Shown piece by piece: positions 1 through 6,814 of a stretch of DNA of 26,360 nucleotides. Position 1 is the stretch's first letter. Each line of letters begins with the position of its first letter. Source of the DNA: a virus. Lineage: Duplodnaviria > Caudoviricetes. The stretch is from the IMG/VR virus record IMGVR_UViG_3300048599_000722, positions 1 through 26,360 of that record. The stretch is one strand, 5' to 3'. The notes beneath the pieces are model-generated. The model was not told the DNA's origin and did not search any database. It saw only the letters and a program-made list of their open reading frames with translations. The translations under genes were made by a program, and so were the position numbers.

Positions 1-65
1 CTAGAGCAGCCCGTCGAGAGCATCATCAACGGCAGGAGACACAGGGCAATCGGTCGAAGCGTCAT
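1..65 (-). CDS. Rz1-like outer-membrane lipoprotein spanin, N-terminal part (runs off the window)
   Basis: Not in the ORF track. ATG at 65 reads MTLRPIALCLLPLMMLSTGCS..., a signal peptide with a lipobox-like LSTG-C. It overlaps the 3' end of the Rz-like gene in another frame, the usual Rz/Rz1 layout. Confidence 0.7.
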   Translation of the reverse strand, partial: MTLRPIALCLLPLMMLSTGCS

Positions 66-357
66 GGCTGAGTACCTTCTTGACGATGGCTGAGAGTTGA
101 TCGGCCTCTTTCGATTTACGAGCCGCCCTATCGGTCAGGATGGCTTCGTTCTTGGCCTTCTCTGCCGCCAGTTTATCCATGGCCTCCATGGTCGCTTGGT
201 TGGTGGCGATTAGGTCGTCGCGCTCGCGCTTCAGGTCCTGCGTCTTGCTCCACCACCCGACAACCCAGCAGCCGAGTACGAAGGCACCGCACAGGGCGAT
301 GATGAATCGCATCCCCCAGAGGATGCGGAAGAATGCGAGAACTCCGGCGACACTCAT
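1..357 (-). CDS. Rz-like inner-membrane spanin
   Basis: N-terminal hydrophobic helix, then a coiled-coil-like region and a C-terminal Cys. Lies downstream of the endolysin with an overlapping lipoprotein ORF. AAGGA SD upstream. Confidence 0.7.
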   Translation of the reverse strand: MSVAGVLAFFRILWGMRFIIALCGAFVLGCWVVGWWSKTQDLKRERDDLIATNQATMEAMDKLAAEKAKNEAILTDRAARKSKEADQLSAIVKKVLSHDASTDCPVSPAVDDALDGLL

Positions 358-365
358 TGGTTATC

Positions 366-394
366 CTTGATTCTAGCGGCTTTCTGAGGTATAT
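366..394 (+). promoter_or_regulatory. Putative sigma70 promoter for the antisense structured RNA
   Basis: CTTGAT(366-371)-N17-GTATAT(389-394) resembles the rhizobial consensus CTTGAC-N17-CTATAT. The predicted start near 400-402 coincides with the first stem. Confidence 0.45.
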
Positions 395-401
395 GGAAGA
401 T

Positions 402-509
402 GGATCGGCGGCGTGGAAAGCAGACACGCACGGCATGCTAAAGATGCGGGGCCTCGTACGACCTTTAGCGTAGTGGGGCACTAGCCGGAGTAGCGCCCGG
501 CCCAGATCC
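402..509 (+). ncRNA. tRNA-like cloverleaf element 1 (non-canonical)
   Basis: Closing stem GGATCGG(402-408)/CC-A-GATCC(502-509). D-arm-like GCGTG/CACGC (411-429). Stem ATGCTAAAG/CTTTAGCGT (435-471). T-arm-like GCCGG-AGTAGCGC-CCGGC (484-501) abuts the closing stem. Confidence 0.5.
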
Positions 510-511
510 TC

Positions 512-650
512 ATATCTGCGATGCCGGTTGGCGGAAAACGCACCTAACTGACAGACGCGAAAGTCGCGCAAGCGGCGAGCCGGGGCTAATGGTGATACGG
601 CAAGGACCGGCGTATTGAAGGTTTGAGTCCTTCACCGGCATCGCAGATAT
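512..650 (+). ncRNA. tRNA-like element 2 with a 17-bp closing stem and T-arm
   Basis: Perfect inverted repeat ATATCTGCGATGCCGGT(512-528)/ACCGGCATCGCAGATAT(634-650). T-arm GAAGG-TTTGAGT-CCTTC (617-633) lies directly 5' of the 3' strand. Internal stems CGCGA/TCGCG and GCCGG/CCGGC. Confidence 0.55.
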
Positions 651-971
651 TCAAAACACCCATGCCAGCCCCCACCCGATGCCAAAGCCCACAAACCAAG
701 CCAACAGGGCAAAGAGACACCCACCCAAGGCCATGACCTTCGCAGCCCTCTGGGGCCACGCGTCCGTCCATTCGACAAGAAGGTCTTTCAGATGGTGAAA
801 ATTGGGCTCGGCGGTGTAAGCGCGCCATGATTCCACGAGGTCAGGGGTCGGGTCAGCAAAGCCTAGCTTGTTCCTCCAATAGCTCGGCTTATCCGAAGGC
901 ATGCCTTGGAAGATGTAGGTAAACGCCGACCACGCGCAGGCGAAGTAGCTTTTGACGGCGGTCCAGATCAC
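651..971 (-). CDS. Hypothetical membrane protein (lysis region)
   Basis: Probable GTG start at 971 (GTGA overlap with the upstream stop, GGAG SD). C-terminal hydrophobic helix. Confidence 0.55.
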   Translation of the reverse strand: MIWTAVKSYFACAWSAFTYIFQGMPSDKPSYWRNKLGFADPTPDLVESWRAYTAEPNFHHLKDLLVEWTDAWPQRAAKVMALGGCLFALLAWFVGFGIGWGLAWVF

Positions 972-1087
972 GACACACTCCACAGCAAAATGCCGAGTAG
1001 AACCATCCCACCCACGATGAACAGGCGTTCCTTGATCCACTTCCCGGCCCTTTCGAGGTCGTCAAACAGCTCGTCAAACTCGTTCAT
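968..1087 (-). CDS. Small (39 aa) single-TM protein, possible lysis accessory
   Basis: ATG at 1087 overlaps the endolysin stop (ATGA). Sequence MNEFDELFDDLERAGKWIKERLFIVGGMVLLGILLWSVS. Confidence 0.5.
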   Translation of the reverse strand: MNEFDELFDDLERAGKWIKERLFIVGGMVLLGILLWSVS

Positions 1088-1584
1088 CGCTTCCTCCAAT
1101 CGTGCCAGTACTGACCGAGATTGAATTGCCCCAGGCAGAGCTTTCGCTCTAGCGCCCGGCGCTTGGTGAGGCCGTTCCATACCTGACCGTTGACCTTGTT
1201 CCAGCGATCCATTTCATGGCACCAGCCGGGATGGCCTGCGTTCAATTTCTTCAGCAGGGTTGATTTGCGGAACGCCTCGACGCCGACGTTGTAGATAAAG
1301 CTAATGAGGGCCGCGCGCTGATACGGTCGGAGGTCGCGGGTTACGTACCGGTCAATGGCATGGTCAGCGATGCCGAGTTGGCGCCTCAGCCTTTCGTCGC
1401 ATTCCCGGTCATCCGCCACATCGCCCATGCGGACGTTGTAGGTGTCCCCGTCGCAGATCGTCGGAACATCGCCCACATCATAATATGCCTCGTAAATCCT
1501 GCCTTCGAACTGAGGCACGATATAGGCAGCGATCCCGAGAGCCCCGCCGATGGTGGCGGCTATGATGCGGTTGCGGGTTATCAC
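1084..1584 (-). CDS. SAR endolysin, GH24 (P21 R-like lysozyme)
   Basis: Gly/Ala-rich weakly hydrophobic N-terminus (IIAATIGGALGIAAYIV). Catalytic E-x8-D-x5-T (FEG...YYDVGDVPTICDG), SFIYNVG and GLTKRRALE motifs. Confidence 0.92.
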   Translation of the reverse strand: MITRNRIIAATIGGALGIAAYIVPQFEGRIYEAYYDVGDVPTICDGDTYNVRMGDVADDRECDERLRRQLGIADHAIDRYVTRDLRPYQRAALISFIYNVGVEAFRKSTLLKKLNAGHPGWCHEMDRWNKVNGQVWNGLTKRRALERKLCLGQFNLGQYWHDWRKR

Positions 1585-1832
1585 GTATGCGGACCCAGCC
1601 CGGCAAAGCGGTCATAGAGCCAAGCAATGGCGGAACCGATCACGGCTAATAGGCCGGCGACCTTCAGAACGCCCCAAACGGCACCCTTCCCCCACTGGGC
1701 GTAGGAAAGGATTTGATCGGCCTTCACCGTCAAAGCCTTGAGATCGGCTTTAACGTCATCCATTTCCTTGGATTGATTCTCAACGATGGTTTCGAGACGG
1801 GCGAGCCGCTCGTAAATCTCACTCTCACTCAT
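1581..1832 (-). CDS. Coiled-coil plus C-terminal TM protein (holin/XhlA-like candidate)
   Basis: ERLARLE heptads followed by a TM helix. Coupled directly upstream of the endolysin. Confidence 0.6.
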   Translation of the reverse strand: MSESEIYERLARLETIVENQSKEMDDVKADLKALTVKADQILSYAQWGKGAVWGVLKVAGLLAVIGSAIAWLYDRFAGLGPHT

Positions 1833-2026
1833 TCCCCGCTCCGCATGTGAAAGCTGCGCCGCAGGGAGGCATCGGCCAAAGCCACGGACACAAGTTGCGC
1901 GTTCTTGTCGGTAATCTCTCTGCGGAACACGACTTGACCGTTTTCCCAGAAATACAGATAAATCGGGGTTTCCCCGTTGGCGTTTTCAACCGCCCAGCCG
2001 GACGGGAGTTTGATCTCCGGCGTCAT
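1829..2026 (-). CDS. Hypothetical protein
   Basis: 65 aa with ATGA overlaps at both ends. Confidence 0.65.
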   Translation of the reverse strand: MTPEIKLPSGWAVENANGETPIYLYFWENGQVVFRREITDKNAQLVSVALADASLRRSFHMRSGE

Positions 2027-2340
2027 CGAATGGAGCGATACTCAACCGGGAGGCCAGCCGCCTCAGCGGCCTTGATGCCGTATTCCATCCCCTTGGAAAT
2101 CCCCTCATCGGTGTAGACCACGGAAGCCTCCGCCACGGCGCGCCAGGCAAGACCGGCGTCGATTCCCCATTGACGCTCAGCAGGCACCTCATCCTTGAGA
2201 ATGCCGGGCTGCGTATAGAGAAGATGGCTGGCGATCGGCGCTTCGCCGCGCGCCAGGCTGTCTCGCACGCAGGCGCGCGCGTACTCGACGTTCCTATCAA
2301 TATCCCCCGCATAGGGGCTCTCTACGATAACCAGTCTCAT
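2023..2340 (-). CDS. Conserved phage protein, nucleoside deoxyribosyltransferase-like fold (DUF4406-like)
   Basis: VIVESPYAG, PIASHLLY and GISKGM motifs typical of this phage family. ATGA overlaps. Confidence 0.65.
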   Translation of the reverse strand: MRLVIVESPYAGDIDRNVEYARACVRDSLARGEAPIASHLLYTQPGILKDEVPAERQWGIDAGLAWRAVAEASVVYTDEGISKGMEYGIKAAEAAGLPVEYRSIR

Positions 2341-2558
2341 TCAACCGCCCTCGGGCCGGTGCCCTTCAGGAACCGCTCTTGCTTCGCCGCCAGATCCGCC
2401 ACCTTCTCTGGATTGGCGCCTGCGTCGATGCTCACCCAGAGGCAGATGAAACGGCGGAGTTCATCGAACGCGGCCTCTTCTACATAGCGCGCCATCAGAT
2501 CGTCCCACCATTGCTGCGGACCACTGACAATCGCCAGTTCTAGATCTTCGTCAGACAT
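2337..2558 (-). CDS. Hypothetical protein
   Basis: 73 aa, overlapping both neighbours. Confidence 0.6.
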   Translation of the reverse strand: MSDEDLELAIVSGPQQWWDDLMARYVEEAAFDELRRFICLWVSIDAGANPEKVADLAAKQERFLKGTGPRAVE

Positions 2559-3504
2559 GCCAAACCCTCCCGCGAAAGCTCACGAGCCCAGCTTCTTCAT
2601 CGATGACATGAACGACCTCAGGCCACAGAAGACGGCCGCTGACGAACGGCAGAACGACAAACCCAGCTCGCCAATTGGCGGGTCCGTCTTCCATATAGTC
2701 CATGAACTGAGGACCGTTGACTTGGGCCAGCGTCCCAGTGTCAACACCCCATCGGTCGCCGTTATAATCGGTGAAGGGGGTTACCTTGAGGCTGTGAAGA
2801 TGGCCGGTGACGATGGTCTTTCCTGAGTTCACCGTGTTATTGTGGGTGGCGTGGATTCCACCCTTGTAGCGGTGCTTAATGACCACTTCGTCATTGATCC
2901 AAACACCCCAGGCCGTTTCCCATGTCGGGAAATGGTCCTTGAGGTGGACCCCATGGATTTTGGCGTATTCAGGGGCGACGGTGGCAAGTCTGGTTTCGAA
3001 ACGGGCGTCGTGATTGCCAAGCGTCCAGACGGTTCTGGGCTTGCCAGATTGCTTTGAAAGCGCCGCGACAATCTCACCGAGGCTATCCTTGCAGGCTTCC
3101 AGTTCCTGTGTAACCGTTGGCCGGGCCTCCCATCCGATCGGTGGATGACGGGAGACAGAGGCGCCATCGAACACGTCGCCATTCATGACGACGGCTTTGA
3201 CGTTCGGTAATTCACCGCAGGCCCTGACAAAAGCCCTATGGGCTGTGGACTTGATCTCGGGCCAGTAATGAGCGTCTGACCCAACGATGACCAGCCCGTC
3301 CTCGACGCCAAATTCAACCCGCTGCGGGAACGTCTTAACGTCAACCTCCGGGACCAATCTGCGGCGCGCGGCTTCCGAGATATGATGGAGGAAGGTCTGC
3401 CGTGGGAGGCCCAGGGCTCTAGCTGCTTCGGCCTGGCTCCCGTGCTTGGCCAGGGAGTCAACGGCCCGCTGAAGCACCTCTCCGGATAGAGCGTGACCGG
3501 CCAA
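2551..3504 (-). CDS. Calcineurin-like metallophosphoesterase with N-terminal HTH
   Basis: Metal-binding motifs DxH (SDAH), GDxxD (NGDVFD), GNHD and GHLH. N-terminal HTH SQAEAARALGLPRQTF. TTG start is uncertain. Confidence 0.88.
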   Translation of the reverse strand: MAGHALSGEVLQRAVDSLAKHGSQAEAARALGLPRQTFLHHISEAARRRLVPEVDVKTFPQRVEFGVEDGLVIVGSDAHYWPEIKSTAHRAFVRACGELPNVKAVVMNGDVFDGASVSRHPPIGWEARPTVTQELEACKDSLGEIVAALSKQSGKPRTVWTLGNHDARFETRLATVAPEYAKIHGVHLKDHFPTWETAWGVWINDEVVIKHRYKGGIHATHNNTVNSGKTIVTGHLHSLKVTPFTDYNGDRWGVDTGTLAQVNGPQFMDYMEDGPANWRAGFVVLPFVSGRLLWPEVVHVIDEEAGLVSFRGRVWHV

Positions 3505-3506
3505 GA

Positions 3507-3875
3507 TCAGGCACCCACGCCCGACGTGATCTTGAGCACCTCTTCCTTCTTCCCGCTGACAACACGATCAAAGCAGTTGTGCTCATCGAAGATGGCAATG
3601 AGGGCCATGTTGTTCCGCTCACCATCCTTCCAGAAGATGACGTAGCTCTCCCCAACATCGGTAAGTCCGTTGGCTTCCATGTCAGATTTGAGTGCTTGCG
3701 CACCCCCCCCTGTCACTTTACGGAAGAAGATTCCTTCACCGGATTTGGTCACGACCGTTGCAATAATCTGATCCTTGGCGATGCACTGCGTTAAAGGCTC
3801 GGCCTTGGACAAACTGACAGTCACCAGTACACAGGCAAGCAGCGTTAGCGCCGCGATGGTCGGGCGGTAGAGCAT
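3507..3875 (-). CDS. Putative secreted/periplasmic protein
   Basis: ATG at 3875 with GGAG SD. Signal peptide MLYRPTIAALTLLACVLVTVSLSKA and two Cys in the mature part. Confidence 0.65.
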   Translation of the reverse strand: MLYRPTIAALTLLACVLVTVSLSKAEPLTQCIAKDQIIATVVTKSGEGIFFRKVTGGGAQALKSDMEANGLTDVGESYVIFWKDGERNNMALIAIFDEHNCFDRVVSGKKEEVLKITSGVGA

Positions 3876-3924
3876 GGGATATCTCCCTGTATGAAGTGAG
3901 CCGCGCGAACTTGTGGTGCCGCGC

Positions 3925-5025
3925 CTACCAGATAATGACCAAGCGTCCAGGATTGCCATTTACGCCGGCCGTGTTGATGGCGGCTTGCGCCCCGCCCTGA
4001 CCGGCCGAGCTGGCATAATCTGCATCCGCATTGTTTCCGGCATTGACGCCGCTGCCCGCGGTCAACACGCTGTTGGCGCCCGTGGATAAACCAGATCCGC
4101 CACCACCACCGCCGCCGCCGCCCGTGTCCGTTCCAGGGCCTTCGCCGCCACCGCCGCCAAACCGGCCCGCACCCGCTCCGCCGCCAGACGCGGCATTGGT
4201 GGCGCCAGGATTACCGCGTCGACCTGAACTTCCGCCCCCAGGAGCACCGCCTGCGGACGTTCCGCCCGCTGCTGCACTGAACGTCTCATCGCCACCGGCA
4301 CCGCCCGTGTTTGCGCTGCCGGCCGTGCCATCGCCACCGGTCGTCCCGGTACCACCCGCACCACCAGCGGCATTGGTTCCGGCGCCGCCGCCGTTGCCAC
4401 CCGCCGAAGCGTTTGATCCCGCGGCACCGGAAGAGCCACCACCCGCACCACCAGCACCACCTGAGCCGCCACCGTTACCGCCGCCGCCCCCAGCACCACC
4501 GCCAGGGGCTTGGACAAGGTAGGTGGATGAGCGCTTGACGTTGGTTAGACCGCCACCGCCCCCGCCCAATCCGCCGACCGAGACGACGACACCAACAAGT
4601 CCGCCGGCACCGCCCGCACCGACGTCGATTGTCAGCGTTTCGCCGGGCGTGACGTTGATCTCGTCATAGGTATATCCGCCACCGCCACCAGCACCGCCGG
4701 TCGAGACACTGGCACCAGCGCCACCGGACCCAGCCCCAGCCCCCCAGGACTTGATCTTGAGTAGGGAGGCGGTGCCGTTGACCACATAGGACGTCCCGAC
4801 CTGCGCGGTGTTGTAGGTGTCCTTATTGGTGAATGTCTGCCCGCCCCCACCCAAGAGAACGCCCATCTGATAGGACGCCAGCATGGATTTGACAGCCGGC
4901 ATATGCAGGCGCATGAGCGCTTGCCACTCTTCGCGGGTGAACTCATGGGGCGGAAAGATGCGCGAGAACGCATCGGCAAAAAGAAGCTTCGAATATTTGC
5001 GGTCAATGGCTGACAGCGGCAACAT
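3925..5025 (-). CDS. Glycine-rich virion protein (putative tail adhesin)
   Basis: Many poly-Gly runs framed by WGAGAG, VTPGETLTIDVGAGG and the terminal GRLVIIW, typical of phage glycine-rich domains. Follows the tail fibre gene. Confidence 0.75.
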   Translation of the reverse strand: MLPLSAIDRKYSKLLFADAFSRIFPPHEFTREEWQALMRLHMPAVKSMLASYQMGVLLGGGGQTFTNKDTYNTAQVGTSYVVNGTASLLKIKSWGAGAGSGGAGASVSTGGAGGGGGYTYDEINVTPGETLTIDVGAGGAGGLVGVVVSVGGLGGGGGGLTNVKRSSTYLVQAPGGGAGGGGGNGGGSGGAGGAGGGSSGAAGSNASAGGNGGGAGTNAAGGAGGTGTTGGDGTAGSANTGGAGGDETFSAAAGGTSAGGAPGGGSSGRRGNPGATNAASGGGAGAGRFGGGGGEGPGTDTGGGGGGGGGSGLSTGANSVLTAGSGVNAGNNADADYASSAGQGGAQAAINTAGVNGNPGRLVIIW

Positions 5026-6044
5026 CAGGCGTCGTTTCCGGCATTCGTCGTGATGAAGAGGTCGACGGCGATAAGGCGCGCATCAACACCAAGGGTATCA
5101 GAGCCGTTCGACGGAACCCGTTTCACGCGGAACAGCACAACATCCCCCTCTGCCGGCGTTCCAGCGATGGTTATCGCGGTACTTTCCGATGTGGTGTGCA
5201 GGTCGCCAGCCGTCAGAAGCGTGTCGGTGACGACCTGCTCAGTGCCAAAGGCAACATCCAATGTATCGTCGTCTGATACGGCAACAGCCTGAAGTGCCCA
5301 GGCAACACCGCCAGACCCAGAAGCAGCCGTCCAGCGCGCCCGAAATGTGATGGTTGATTCGTCCCAGCTCTTGGGCATGGGAAGCGTGAAGCCGGCAAAC
5401 TCCTGCGTCGTCGTGTCAAAATCTAGGGTTCGATAAAGCGTTTTGTTGGTGGTCGATTCGATGGCCGCCGCTGCTGCACCGTTCGTCGTGGCGGCCTGCA
5501 TGGCGGACGCAAGAATGGGAATGAGATGCTTGCCGTTCGGATTATAGACAGATGTCTTAAGCTTTAATGGCGTGACGATTCTGGCATCATCCGAGCCGGT
5601 ATTGACCTCAGCCTGGGTGGCCAACTCGGCAATCCCGGAAGCGGTCTCCGTTGCCGATGAGACAGGGGTTAGAGAAACATATGTCTGCGCCCAGGTGATG
5701 TTATCGACACCGATCTCCACATCATCCGCCGTGGAAAGGTTGAACCACTGCGCCGCATTCACCGTGCCTTCGGTAACCTTGACTGTCGTTCCCTTCACCG
5801 CATCCCTGGCGCCGTCGAAATCCAGCGCTCTTGACCAAGCGGTTGTGGAGGCAACCCATATTCCGTTGGTGACCTGGTTGGCTTGATCCTTGACCAACAC
5901 ACGGTCGTCAGTGACCACGGCCACACCATCAATCGTCTGTTCGCCAGAAAGGGTAACGGCGCCGGTCGTCGCAACACGGCATGGGGCTTTCACGGCAACA
6001 GAGGTTGTTAGACCAGCAAGGCGGTCTGTTACGGTCGATGGCAT
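5025..6044 (-). CDS. Tail fibre protein
   Basis: N-terminal CRVATT..TLSGEQTIDGV..DRVLVKDQ...NGIW tail domain. T4 gp34-type repeat ATETASGIAELATQAEV...IVTPLKL. Beta-rich C-terminal domain. Confidence 0.8.
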   Translation of the reverse strand: MPSTVTDRLAGLTTSVAVKAPCRVATTGAVTLSGEQTIDGVAVVTDDRVLVKDQANQVTNGIWVASTTAWSRALDFDGARDAVKGTTVKVTEGTVNAAQWFNLSTADDVEIGVDNITWAQTYVSLTPVSSATETASGIAELATQAEVNTGSDDARIVTPLKLKTSVYNPNGKHLIPILASAMQAATTNGAAAAAIESTTNKTLYRTLDFDTTTQEFAGFTLPMPKSWDESTITFRARWTAASGSGGVAWALQAVAVSDDDTLDVAFGTEQVVTDTLLTAGDLHTTSESTAITIAGTPAEGDVVLFRVKRVPSNGSDTLGVDARLIAVDLFITTNAGNDA

Positions 6045-6061
6045 TCAATTCTCCGGGCAAT

Positions 6062-6089
6062 AAAAAAGGCCCCCGGGAAGGGAGCCTTT
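6062..6089 (-). terminator. Rho-independent terminator closing the inserted cassette
   Basis: Minus strand AAAGGCTCCC-TTCCC-GGGGGCCTTTTTT: GC stem plus U-tract about 25 nt after the stop at 6113. Confidence 0.8.
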
Positions 6090-6112
6090 AAGTTCTGTGG
6101 CGCTTCGCTGTT

Positions 6113-6616
6113 TTAAGCGGCTTTGATCGTTTCTTGCGTCTGGTCGATGGCGGCGTAGACCTGCGCCAATTCCTGCAGGTCCTTGTACCGGCTCCGCCAG
6201 TTCTGCAACTCGCTCATCGCGCGCTCCAAAACCTGCTTGCGGAGGTCGGCGTCACTCATGGCATGCGCCATGCTGGTATATGACCGCTCGCCATCTCGCT
6301 GCACGCTGACGAAGGCGCGCACCGGCTTGGTCGGTGCGGTACCTTCCTCGGTGACGTTCTGGATGACGACATGCCGGATGATCTGCTTTGCTTGATCGAC
6401 CCGGTATAGTTCGCCGGCCTTCGCGTCGTCCCATTCGAACGCCTTATGAAGCGGCGCCTCCTGGGGCCTTGAATCATCAACGACCATCTCGGGTTCGAGC
6501 TTGCCGCCGTTATCCTGCCTGATCTTTTCGAGCCGCTCGCCGGCCACTTGAGCCGGGACCGGAATCAGGCTGTCTGTCATCGTCCACGCATATTGAGCGG
6601 AGTTTGATAAGGTCAT
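6113..6616 (-). CDS. Conserved phage protein, partner of the Cas7-like gene (167 aa)
   Basis: ATG at 6616 with AAAGGA SD. Helical protein with LHKAFEWDDAKAGELYRVDQAKQIIR motif. The longer ORF call (to 6688) runs into the repeat array. Confidence 0.8.
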   Translation of the reverse strand: MTLSNSAQYAWTMTDSLIPVPAQVAGERLEKIRQDNGGKLEPEMVVDDSRPQEAPLHKAFEWDDAKAGELYRVDQAKQIIRHVVIQNVTEEGTAPTKPVRAFVSVQRDGERSYTSMAHAMSDADLRKQVLERAMSELQNWRSRYKDLQELAQVYAAIDQTQETIKAA

Positions 6617-6643
6617 GGTAGAGTCCTTTGTTGAGGTTAAAGA

Positions 6644-6804
6644 ACCGTGCCATGCCCCGCCTCGCCTAACCAGGACTCGCCTGGCCATACCAGGCCTCGC
6701 CTAGCCTTGCCGTGCCTCGCCGTGCCTTGCCTGCCGTGCCTCGCCCCGCCCTGCCTTGCCGTGCCGGGCCATGCCTCGCCCTGCCTAGCCTTGCCATGCC
6801 TGCC
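6644..6804 (-). repeat. GGY-NN pentameric array, putative guide ncRNA
   Basis: 33 triplets (29 GGC, 3 GGT, 1 GTC) separated by 30 variable dinucleotides and two single-A spacers. Intergenic between the Cas7-like stop (6815) and the partner start (6616). Confidence 0.9.
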
Positions 6805-6814
6805 ATGAAGCCGC

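Noticed and set aside
173-571. 132-aa minus-strand ORF across the structured region
   Set aside because: It overlaps the spanin gene out of frame, has a weak start and no recognisable features. The RNA structure explains the region better.
402-650. Functional canonical tRNA genes
   Set aside because: No 7-nt anticodon loop on a 5-bp stem, atypical D and T loops, oversize length and no CCA. Kept only as tRNA-like RNAs.
3703-3710. C8/G8 homopolymer as a phase-variation site
   Set aside because: Short, in frame (encodes part of TGGGA) and with no evidence of length variation from a single sequence.
4031-4538. Proline-rich plus-strand ORFs and CCG/CCA repeats
   Set aside because: These are the antisense shadow of the Gly codons (3-nt period) of the glycine-rich protein, not a second GGY-NN array.
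6644-6804. Canonical CRISPR array or simple microsatellite
   Set aside because: There are no 23-50 nt repeats with spacers. Variation is confined to two of every five positions, which slippage would not produce.
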